Notes under the pieces: generated by a model
Databases searched by the model: none
What the model saw: only the letters and a program-made list of their open reading frames with translations
What the model was told of the DNA's origin: nothing
IMG/VR virus record: IMGVR_UViG_3300022670_000360
Coordinates: 1 to 37,295 of that record
From: a virus
Lineage: Duplodnaviria; Caudoviricetes
Length of the DNA: 37,295 bases
Direction: 5' to 3' (one strand)
Position numbers and translations under genes: made by a program
In this document: positions 15,652 to 22,788 of the stretch, one piece after another
Layout: each line of letters begins with the position of its first letter
Numbering within the stretch: position 1 is the first letter of the stretch

Positions 15652-15911
15652 TGAGCGACGATGTAGTGCATCTTGGGATGGTAGCACGCGATGGTAAAAT
15701 GTTCACGCCAGAACAAACATTGCGGCAATGCCTTGAGGATTTAGGCAAGAACGGGGCTTTTGAAAAAGGCAAAAAGCTTATTGTTATATGCTTAGATGAT
15801 ACTGACGATTGTTACCGGGTGTCTTGGCAACAGTGTGGAATGAAAATGTCTGAATGCTTGGCGCTATGCGAAATAGCAAAAACAAAATTTAAGAGCGAAA
15901 TGGAATATTAA
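15651..15911 (+). CDS. Right-arm unit: hypothetical protein
   Basis: GGAGG RBS, ATGAGC start. Confidence 0.75.
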   Translation: MSDDVVHLGMVARDGKMFTPEQTLRQCLEDLGKNGAFEKGKKLIVICLDDTDDCYRVSWQQCGMKMSECLALCEIAKTKFKSEMEY

Positions 15912-15912
15912 G

Positions 15913-16212
15913 ATGAGCGACAAATTGATGATTGAGGGGACCACCATTGACCCTAAATTTATTGTTGAATCGTTGCCCCTCAGTGAGCTTTGCGAAGTTA
16001 TGCGGGATATGCAAAACGATCTTTTGGAGTTCTGGGCCGAGCAACGCGCACAACAAATTATAAAGTTCTTGTCGGATCACGATTTAGAGGCCAAGCAAGC
16101 CAGAATTATAGAGCACCGCAGAAGGGAATTTATATTCAGTGTGGTTGATCCCATGATTAATAGAATGCTGGTGCAAATCCGCCAATTTTCAGAACAGGAG
16201 CAACTTTTATGA
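15913..16212 (+). CDS. Right-arm unit: hypothetical protein
   Basis: ATGAGC start. Confidence 0.7.
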   Translation: MSDKLMIEGTTIDPKFIVESLPLSELCEVMRDMQNDLLEFWAEQRAQQIIKFLSDHDLEAKQARIIEHRRREFIFSVVDPMINRMLVQIRQFSEQEQLL

Positions 16213-16255
16213 CGAGCACTGTGCAATTTTTGCAACAACCGAAAGGAACCAGAAG

Positions 16256-16408
16256 ATGACCATACTTAAAAAACTAACACAGGAAGACCAAAACACACTG
16301 TTGCGTAAGGTGAAAAGAATACACCCCGGACCAAATCAGATGTTTGGGAATTTTGAAGATATACTTAGTGAGTGTGGGCTCGAAATTGTGCGAAAGAACG
16401 CGGGCTAA
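16256..16408 (+). CDS. Right-arm terminal unit: 50-aa MTILKKLTQED...
   Basis: Not in ORF track; AAAGGA RBS; followed by a last ATGAGC at 16410. Confidence 0.6.
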   Translation: MTILKKLTQEDQNTLLRKVKRIHPGPNQMFGNFEDILSECGLEIVRKNAG

Positions 16409-16416
16409 AATGAGCA

Positions 16417-16557
16417 CTATTTTCGTTCAAGCTTGATATAACTTCTTATCGCCCTGGCAATGGCCGCAGATTTATTCTTTTGTTTCTCATGCCATGCGCG
16501 TAGATCACCAGCTAGATAGAAGGTAATTTGTTTGCCTCTGTTTAATTTCCGTTTCAT
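16417..16557 (-). CDS. 46-aa ribbon-helix-helix-like DNA-binding protein
   Basis: Not in ORF track; MKRKLNRGKQITFYLAGDLRAWHEKQKNKSAAIARAIRSYIKLERK has a beta strand with alternating hydrophobics followed by two helices. Confidence 0.6.
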   Translation of the reverse strand: MKRKLNRGKQITFYLAGDLRAWHEKQKNKSAAIARAIRSYIKLERK

Positions 16558-16668
16558 CTACTTATACTTATAACAGTTTTGCCACATTACTATGGTAAAT
16601 TTGTCACCCACTCCCCAACATCCATTAAAATAATTGCTAGTGTTGCTCATCGGGCAACATAGTGGGGC

Positions 16669-17499
16669 ATGGGCACTGTATTACCAGCATTCAAAGATTT
16701 TATTGGCGGCTTGGTTGCTGTTTCTCCTAATACACCATTACCTGTTTCGAACTCCCTTTTCCAGATTCAGATTGGCAATGTGGAGGGGTTTGAATTGATT
16801 AGTGTCACTTTCGCCAACGATGATATCGGGCTGACCTTCGAAGATTTGTCAGACGTAGGCGGGGTGCAGGATTTGCCCACGGAAGGCAACCCTGAAACCT
16901 GGGAGATTGTCAGTACCAGCCCACAGGATGCCACCAGCGGCTCAGGAACCAGCAGTGTAGCGGTTATATCGCTTGCAGATGGCTGGGTTGAGCAAGATCC
17001 AACTATAGTTGAAGTTACAGGCACAACTCCAAATACGCTTTCAGGTTCGCATTTTCGTCCCTCTGCTGCCGTTATACTGTCGCCGGACGGCGGGGCTAAC
17101 GTAGGCGATATAACAATCCGCAAAGTGGGGGGCGCGGACCGTCTAAAGATACGAGCGGGAATAGGCAACACAAAATCAAGTCTTTTCAGCGTCGCTGCTG
17201 GCAAATCTGCGTTTGCCCAGTTTATAATGAATATTACGGGTAAAAACGACGATATAACAGGTCGCCTGCTGGTACAGGGCGACGGAGGGCCTGTTTTGCG
17301 GGGTCTGGACATCCCATTATATCAAACTCCCCTGCTCCTGCCTGTCGCGGCGCCTATGGTTCTCCCCCAAAAGACCGACATCAGGTTACAGGCCGCGAGC
17401 AGTAATGAGGGAGCCGGAGCGGTCGGCTTGTTTGACCTTTTGATAGTGGACAACGCCCAAATCGCCGTCCCCCCAACAGCGATGAAGAATTTAATATGA
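16669..17499 (+). CDS. Beta-rich hypothetical protein, possibly virion accessory
   Basis: G/S/T/V-rich; EIVSTS..D...G.G motif seen in phage beta-sandwich proteins. Confidence 0.65.
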   Translation: MGTVLPAFKDFIGGLVAVSPNTPLPVSNSLFQIQIGNVEGFELISVTFANDDIGLTFEDLSDVGGVQDLPTEGNPETWEIVSTSPQDATSGSGTSSVAVISLADGWVEQDPTIVEVTGTTPNTLSGSHFRPSAAVILSPDGGANVGDITIRKVGGADRLKIRAGIGNTKSSLFSVAAGKSAFAQFIMNITGKNDDITGRLLVQGDGGPVLRGLDIPLYQTPLLLPVAAPMVLPQKTDIRLQAASSNEGAGAVGLFDLLIVDNAQIAVPPTAMKNLI

Positions 17500-17831
17500 C
17501 TATGCACCGAGGAAGAAACTTCAATACTAATGACGTGGCGGCTGTTACATCCGTGGATTTGAACTCTACGACAGCTACCAAGATAGCGGACGTAAACGCC
17601 GACAGGCTGACTTTCCATGTTAACAGCAACGATGAAAACAACGCTGTGTGGATAAAGCTACAGGCTGCTTCGGTTGATAACGATAAAAAGGGGATTTTCC
17701 TTGCGAGAAATATAGCTGCCGCCGGTCCGGGGCGCAGTTTGTATGACATGCCAACTGATAATGTTTACACAGGCGAAATCAGCGCCATATCTGAAGCAGG
17801 TACCCCTACGGTTTATATTACTGAATACTAA
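17496..17831 (+). CDS. Small beta-sandwich-like protein
   Basis: ATGA-coupled; YTGEISAI...V.ITEY C-terminus. Confidence 0.65.
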   Translation: MTMHRGRNFNTNDVAAVTSVDLNSTTATKIADVNADRLTFHVNSNDENNAVWIKLQAASVDNDKKGIFLARNIAAAGPGRSLYDMPTDNVYTGEISAISEAGTPTVYITEY

Positions 17832-17994
17832 GCTTCAGCGCGATAAAAAGCCCTACAGGCTTGGTTAGGCTCCTCTCCCCCCTTTCTATTTTGCTTATCA
17901 TTTGGTGGTCTTTGTAGCCCAGCATGGGGCCAGCTTGGGCTTGAGTAAGCCCTAGCCTTTCCCTGAAATCTTTCATTGTTTGTGCGGCTGTCAT
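17818..17994 (-). CDS. XRE-family HTH regulator
   Basis: RERLGLTQAQA...LG....ISKIERG. Confidence 0.85.
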   Translation of the reverse strand: MTAAQTMKDFRERLGLTQAQAGPMLGYKDHQMISKIERGERSLTKPVGLFIALKLSIQ

Positions 17995-17995
17995 C

Positions 17996-18409
17996 TCAAA
18001 ATTCCTGAATGGTTGGATTGTAAATGTCCAAATCCACATCTAGCCACCGCAACCCCATTGTGTTTTTCACTAGCGTTTTGGCGCGGACGTACGAACCCAC
18101 ACCGCCGCTTAACCCTATTCCCTCAGCCATAACGATAAGGCGCTGGTATTTAAGCCTGTGCCGAAGAGACCAGCACCACGCTCCTGCGCTTTTTTCTGAG
18201 GAAGTGGCGCGTCTATAGACCGAAAAAAATTCAATGTCTTTTGGTTCGGCATTAAATGTAATTTCTTCTGAATTGAGAAAATCGTATATTTTGCGAATAA
18301 TGGGGCTAACGCGCAATGAAGGCCTTGGTTTATACCGACTACCAAAAAAACACCTGTGGAAAGATGTGCAATCATCCCTGCGGCATCTTGGGCAATAATA
18401 GTCGCTCAT
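17996..18409 (-). CDS. Hypothetical protein with N-terminal Cys motif
   Basis: CPRC...C...H.C; ATGA-coupled. Confidence 0.6.
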   Translation of the reverse strand: MSDYYCPRCRRDDCTSFHRCFFGSRYKPRPSLRVSPIIRKIYDFLNSEEITFNAEPKDIEFFSVYRRATSSEKSAGAWCWSLRHRLKYQRLIVMAEGIGLSGGVGSYVRAKTLVKNTMGLRWLDVDLDIYNPTIQEF

Positions 18410-18636
18410 GCTGCGTGCTCGGCTCTTAAAATTGGGGCCATTGAGTACGAGCCAAGCGGGTTAATAGTTTCGGAATTGTTCCACACCTTAACCGCTTTGC
18501 GTATTGTTTCGCCGTTTTGCGCGTCTTTGACCCAAATGCTCTTGGCGGTGCGTTTGATTACTTTGAATGTCCAGACACAATCATAGTCACATACTGAGCG
18601 GCAAAAATAGCTCTTCCCAGTTTCAAACTTAGTCAT
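18406..18636 (-). CDS. Phage hypothetical protein
   Basis: FETGK.Y..RS.CD.DC...F.V.KRTAK...P.G.YSMAP; AAGG RBS. Confidence 0.75.
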   Translation of the reverse strand: MTKFETGKSYFCRSVCDYDCVWTFKVIKRTAKSIWVKDAQNGETIRKAVKVWNNSETINPLGSYSMAPILRAEHAA

Positions 18637-18677
18637 AATCTTACCTTTCTATTTAATGTCCCGTAATGGTGGGGGTG

Positions 18678-18842
18678 TTAGAATCCCTTCGTATAGCGCG
18701 TGTTTTTAAGAACAAGGTCATGGTCGTCCATAATAACAGCGTGAAGGTTGATTGCGTCTTTAATGCTAATATTGAACGCTTCCATCAATTCATTAATTGT
18801 GAGTTTGTGGAGCGTTAGTTCGTTCAAAATATCCATGTTCAT
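18678..18842 (-). CDS. 54-aa hypothetical protein MNMDILNELTLHKL...
   Basis: Not in ORF track; AAGGGA RBS downstream of a promoter. Confidence 0.55.
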   Translation of the reverse strand: MNMDILNELTLHKLTINELMEAFNISIKDAINLHAVIMDDHDLVLKNTRYTKGF

Positions 18843-18862
18843 TTCCCTTTTGTTGCCTTTCT

Positions 18863-18891
18863 TATATAGTACAGGTGTATCAGTAGTACAA
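18863..18891 (-). promoter_or_regulatory. Sigma70-like leftward promoter
   Basis: TTGTAC-N17-TATATA on minus strand. Confidence 0.6.
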
Positions 18892-18907
18892 GCGTTAATT
18901 AAACTAT

Positions 18908-18936
18908 TTTACAAGTGTTTGAATTGGTTGTATAAT
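18908..18936 (+). promoter_or_regulatory. Sigma70-like rightward promoter, likely leaderless transcript
   Basis: TTTACA-N17-TATAAT with ATG at 18943. Confidence 0.65.
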
Positions 18937-18942
18937 CTCTGG

Positions 18943-19065
18943 ATGCCATTAAAACGTGGGAAATCAAAGAGGGCCGTCTCTTCCAACATTCGGACACTGC
19001 GCCGTGAGGGCAAGCCCCAACGCCAAGCTGTTGCTATTGCTTTGAGCAAGGCACGCAGGAAATGA
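18943..19065 (+). CDS. 40-aa basic peptide MPLKRGKSKRAVSSNI...GKPQRQAVAIAL
   Basis: Recognisable small phage protein motif; 3' part of the ORF-track 18748 frame. Confidence 0.8.
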   Translation: MPLKRGKSKRAVSSNIRTLRREGKPQRQAVAIALSKARRK

Positions 19066-19223
19066 CGGTAATCGACATAAAGTTTGCCAGTGGTGGTCAT
19101 GCCGTCTCCAGCTTGCGCCCATCAACCACGCCTGAGCAGGCGCAGAAGGTCGTTAAGGCTATGTTTAATAGTGAGGCCATGCTTGTGCGCGCTGAAAGGA
19201 TTTATAGGTTAAAAAATGATTAA
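19062..19223 (+). CDS. 53-aa hypothetical protein
   Basis: Not in ORF track; ATGA-coupled. Confidence 0.5.
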   Translation: MTVIDIKFASGGHAVSSLRPSTTPEQAQKVVKAMFNSEAMLVRAERIYRLKND

Positions 19224-19362
19224 GCTCCCTAATGGCACAAAGATTCCTGTATGGACTGGCAAGTTCTTAAAGATGCCTATACCTTACAAGCCTGGTGTAA
19301 GCTGGTTACGGTTTATCCCTGCCAAGCCACTTGATGTTGTGAGGTTACATGGCGCACCCTAA
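19216..19362 (+). CDS. 48-aa hypothetical protein
   Basis: Not in ORF track; fills the gap to terS. Confidence 0.4.
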   Translation: MIKLPNGTKIPVWTGKFLKMPIPYKPGVSWLRFIPAKPLDVVRLHGAP

Positions 19363-19639
19363 AGCACCCAAGCGCAATCGTTCAAGGCGCAATGATGTAT
19401 TGCACGGCGATACCCGCAAGAAGATACAGGTCACGCAGATCGTCAACCGCCTGGCGGCCAATACCATGGGAAGCCTAACTAATCAAAACGGGGATCATGT
19501 GGAAATGTCACAAGGTCAGTTAAAGAGTGCAGACATTCTGCTGAAAAAGGCATTGCCTGACTTGAGCGCTACTGAGATCACAGGCATAGATGGTAGCCCT
19601 CTTATACCTGCCTTGAATATTGCACGTGCAAGCGACTAG
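19349..19639 (+). CDS. terS: Putative terminase small subunit
   Basis: R.KIQ..QI.NRL...MS..Q..SA..LL.K.LPDL...E.TG.DG.P; upstream of terL. Confidence 0.65.
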   Translation: MAHPKAPKRNRSRRNDVLHGDTRKKIQVTQIVNRLAANTMGSLTNQNGDHVEMSQGQLKSADILLKKALPDLSATEITGIDGSPLIPALNIARASD

Positions 19640-19855
19640 CCACATGTAAACTTATCTTTATATACAATCACTTATATAGGCGAGGTATTATAGTACCCTA
19701 CACCCCTAGTTATGGCACCCAAGCCACTCAAAATACCCTTGATAACCACCAATTAACACACACATTCTTTGTTTCCCCACCATCCCCCACCCCCTAAATA
19801 TGCCATTTTTGTTCGTATAAACACCAACCTTTTGTCATTATGTTACGATTTACCC

Positions 19856-19883
19856 TTGCATTTACTGAAAATGGTGTTATATA
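19856..19883 (+). promoter_or_regulatory. Sigma70-like promoter
   Basis: TTGCAT-N16-TATATA with a TG extension. Confidence 0.5.
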
Positions 19884-19908
19884 AAGGTTAACACGGAAGG
19901 GAAATGAG

Positions 19909-20133
19909 ATGAGATTGACATACTGGGTTAGCGAATGTTTGCAAGACTCTGATTGCTACAACATCCGGGCCAAGACAAAGAAAGAATGTGCGGCCTTGCG
20001 CGCTGCATGTAATGAAGACGAGATAAACCTCTCCCACGCCTACGGTCCCGTTCACAAAATCACCATTGATTACCGCGACGGGTTTGACTTGCTTTATATG
20101 TGTCTTAACGAAGGGAGGATATACGAAGGGTGA
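19909..20133 (+). CDS. Hypothetical protein
   Basis: AAGGGA RBS. Confidence 0.75.
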   Translation: MRLTYWVSECLQDSDCYNIRAKTKKECAALRAACNEDEINLSHAYGPVHKITIDYRDGFDLLYMCLNEGRIYEG

Positions 20134-20363
20134 ACCTCAAACAACACCGCAAAGCCGCTGGCCTTACCCAGACTGAACTAGGCAGGGCCATGGGCATATC
20201 CTTGAGAGCCACTGTAGGCCGCTGGGAGGCCAACCCAGGCTGCATGACCCTTGGCCGCCTAACAGACTACGCCCGTATCTGTGGTGTAACCCTGGCAGAT
20301 CTCATGGGCTATGACGGGCAGGCACAAGTAAAGCTGGACAGGGTACGGGAGGTGGTAGGATGA
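20130..20363 (+). CDS. XRE-family HTH regulator
   Basis: LKQHRKAAGLTQTELG..MG.....V.RWE. Confidence 0.88.
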   Translation: MNLKQHRKAAGLTQTELGRAMGISLRATVGRWEANPGCMTLGRLTDYARICGVTLADLMGYDGQAQVKLDRVREVVG

Positions 20364-20554
20364 AAAGGTTTATTGTAGATGGGGTGCCACGTTATGCAGA
20401 GGACGCAGCCAAGACGCTGTATAGCCAAGGCCGTGCTGGTACTACGCTTGAAGACCTTACCCAAAGGCTGGTAGACCTGGACGTTGATATGGCCGGGACC
20501 GCAGGCACTCTCACATTTACGCGTAAGGCAGGTCCCCCGCGCGCTCAGAAGTAA
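20360..20554 (+). CDS. Hypothetical protein
   Basis: GGAGG RBS; ATGA-coupled. Confidence 0.55.
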   Translation: MKRFIVDGVPRYAEDAAKTLYSQGRAGTTLEDLTQRLVDLDVDMAGTAGTLTFTRKAGPPRAQK

Positions 20555-20622
20555 AACCCGAAACGGGGATTGAAGTAATTGTATATGCTGACACGATAAA
20601 TTTCACACTAGGAGCTTTTGTA

Positions 20623-20898
20623 ATGGAATATACTACGTATAATTTAATTAAAGACAGCGCCTTACATAATTGGAGTGATTTTAGTTTGGATGTTTCGGTG
20701 TCTGTTCTTAGGCGTGTTGTCGGGGTCAGCGTGATGTTTCTTTATTGGGGATTGTCCATGAAGCGGATTCGCGGGGGGAAGCTTAGTTCTGGGTATACAA
20801 TACACGCAGGCCCTATATTCTTATATTACCAGACCACTGAGTTCCTACCCGCACATGAGCTTCGCTACTTTAAAATGCGTGTAGAGATCATCAAATAA
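20623..20898 (+). CDS. Hypothetical protein
   Basis: AGGAG RBS. Confidence 0.55.
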   Translation: MEYTTYNLIKDSALHNWSDFSLDVSVSVLRRVVGVSVMFLYWGLSMKRIRGGKLSSGYTIHAGPIFLYYQTTEFLPAHELRYFKMRVEIIK

Positions 20899-20934
20899 TA
20901 GTATAACACATTAAGGGGTGTATAGGAGGTTATT

Positions 20935-21177
20935 ATGAATTTTGTATATTCGTTAGAGGACGGAGTTGGGGTTGATCTTTCCCAAGTCGTTGGTTCGTCC
21001 GAGCCGCTTATAACTACGGTTTTCGGCGAGCCTGAGAAACAGCAGTTAGTTCGTCTTATGCTACGCTCGGGCCATACTTACGAAGTGTGCACATCTCGTG
21101 CCGACATGGAAAAATTCACAAAGTTCTTTAAAAAGATGCGCCCTGAATTTTTTAGAGAATACCACGAAACAGTATAA
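20935..21177 (+). CDS. Hypothetical protein
   Basis: AGGAGG RBS. Confidence 0.7.
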   Translation: MNFVYSLEDGVGVDLSQVVGSSEPLITTVFGEPEKQQLVRLMLRSGHTYEVCTSRADMEKFTKFFKKMRPEFFREYHETV

Positions 21178-21188
21178 CATAAAGCCCC

Positions 21189-21216
21189 TTGACCACAAAA
21201 TTTTTTAGAGTAGAAT
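21189..21216 (+). promoter_or_regulatory. Sigma70-like promoter upstream of terL
   Basis: TTGACC-N16-TAGAAT. Confidence 0.55.
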
Positions 21217-21276
21217 ATCTTTATCAAAGAAGGATGATTAGCGACGTCCCAATTTATGAGAGTTACAATCGATCTA

Positions 21277-21306
21277 GGGAGGCCCGGGCCGGAGCCCGGG
21301 TTTTCT
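21277..21306 (+). terminator. GC-rich hairpin immediately before the terL start
   Basis: CCCGGGC-CGGA-GCCCGGG followed by TTTT; extendable to 13 bp with G-U pairs. Confidence 0.5.
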
Positions 21307-21310
21307 CCGT

Positions 21311-22780
21311 ATGCAAGCTGAAATTAACCTTGAGCTTTTCGACAAGCAACTGATAGCCCTCAATTCGACGGCTACGGAGGTTTTATTCGGTGGCGCGGCG
21401 GGCGGGGGCAAATCACATTTAATGCGTGTAGCGGCTATTGTATGGTGCACAGCCATAGCAGGCCTACAGGCTTATCTATTTCGTCGTGTTCGTGATGATC
21501 TTATCAAAACCCACCTTGACAGCCCCCAGGGATTCAGGAATATGCTCTCCCCGTGGGTAGACGAAGGACTTGTTCATATAAAAGAAGACGTAATAACCTT
21601 CTGGAACGGATCACGCATCTATCTCTGTCACTGTCAACATGAAACCGATGTCGGCAAGTACCTCTCAACCGAAATGCACGTTCTCCTGATTGACGAGCTT
21701 ACTACCTTTTCAGAAAACATGTACCGGCAACTGCGCGCAAGAGTGCGTATGGTTGGCATCCAAGACAAAGTCCCTGATAACTATAAAGGACAATTCCCCC
21801 GTATTCTGTGCGGATCCAACCCAGGCAACGTAGGGCATCTTTTTGTCAAGGATACCTTTGTTGACGGCAAGGAGCCTTATAAATATTATAAAGCCCTGCC
21901 GGAAGAAGGTGGGATGACCCGCCAGTTCATTCCTGCCCGCGTCAACGATAATCCTGCCCTGTTAAGGGAAGACCCTACCTATGTGGATAAATTAAGAGGA
22001 ATAGGCTCTGATGCTTTAGTCAAGGCAATGCTTGAGGGTGACTGGAATATAGTTGAAGGAGCGTATTTTGATTGCTGGTCGCCTGAGCGTCATGTTATTC
22101 GTCCCTTCACTATCCCTAAACACTGGACACGGTTTCTCGCAGGCGACTGGGGGTCAGCCAAACCTTTCTGCTTTCATTGGTTCGCCGTATGCAGCGATGA
22201 TCATTTCCTTGATGATGGCCGTATTATTCCGCGCGGGGCCTTGGTTGTTTATAAAGAGTGGTATGGATCACGAATGCACAAAAATGTTGGGTTGAAGCTG
22301 ACTGCAGAAGAAGTCGGTATTGGTCTTTCTGAACGGGGTATCGCCAAACTACAATACGCGGTTCTTGATCCTTCGGCCTTCGCAGAAGATGGCGGCCCTT
22401 CTATCGCTGAACGCATCCATGGAGCTGGGGGGCCTTATTTTATGCGAGCCGACAACCGGAGAGTAGGCCGTGTAGGCGCCATGGGAGGATGGGATCAGAT
22501 GCGGGGGCGGTTGGTCGGAGACGAAGACGGAAGACCTATGCTTTTCTACACTTCTAACTGTGTTGATATTATAAGAACCCTCCCTGCGATGCAGCATGAT
22601 CAAAACCGCCCAGAGGATTTAAATACCAATATGGAGGATCACGCGGTCGACTGTGACAGGTATGGTTGTATGAGCCGCCCCTATATCATTGATAGTCCTG
22701 AAATGATAAAGCCCTTGAAAGGCCAAACCTTTAATGACATAATCCGCCGACACAAACCAGTGAAAGACTTTTATATCTAG
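21311..22780 (+). CDS. terL: Terminase large subunit
   Basis: Walker A GGAAGGGKS, Walker B LLIDE, SNPG coupling motif, nuclease DWG and DHAVD..RY. Confidence 0.96.
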   Translation: MQAEINLELFDKQLIALNSTATEVLFGGAAGGGKSHLMRVAAIVWCTAIAGLQAYLFRRVRDDLIKTHLDSPQGFRNMLSPWVDEGLVHIKEDVITFWNGSRIYLCHCQHETDVGKYLSTEMHVLLIDELTTFSENMYRQLRARVRMVGIQDKVPDNYKGQFPRILCGSNPGNVGHLFVKDTFVDGKEPYKYYKALPEEGGMTRQFIPARVNDNPALLREDPTYVDKLRGIGSDALVKAMLEGDWNIVEGAYFDCWSPERHVIRPFTIPKHWTRFLAGDWGSAKPFCFHWFAVCSDDHFLDDGRIIPRGALVVYKEWYGSRMHKNVGLKLTAEEVGIGLSERGIAKLQYAVLDPSAFAEDGGPSIAERIHGAGGPYFMRADNRRVGRVGAMGGWDQMRGRLVGDEDGRPMLFYTSNCVDIIRTLPAMQHDQNRPEDLNTNMEDHAVDCDRYGCMSRPYIIDSPEMIKPLKGQTFNDIIRRHKPVKDFYI

Positions 22781-22788
22781 GATGTATT

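Larger units (their letters stand above)
13337..16415 (+). repeat. Repeated gene-junction motif RATGAGC(GA), 14 copies
   Basis: ATGAGC at 13337, 13486, 13777, 14078, 14356, 14508, 14714, 14857, 14965, 15183, 15352, 15651, 15913, 16410. Confidence 0.9.
10742..16436. mobile_element. Putative gene-cassette island: two divergent small-gene arrays around a serine-recombinase-like gene
   Basis: 8 CGCCCG boundary sites on the left arm, 14 ATGAGC-started units on the right arm; mobility is inferred, not shown. Confidence 0.5.

Noticed and set aside
19775-19794. G-quadruplex on the minus strand
   Set aside because: Only three runs of four or more G plus one GG; not enough to call
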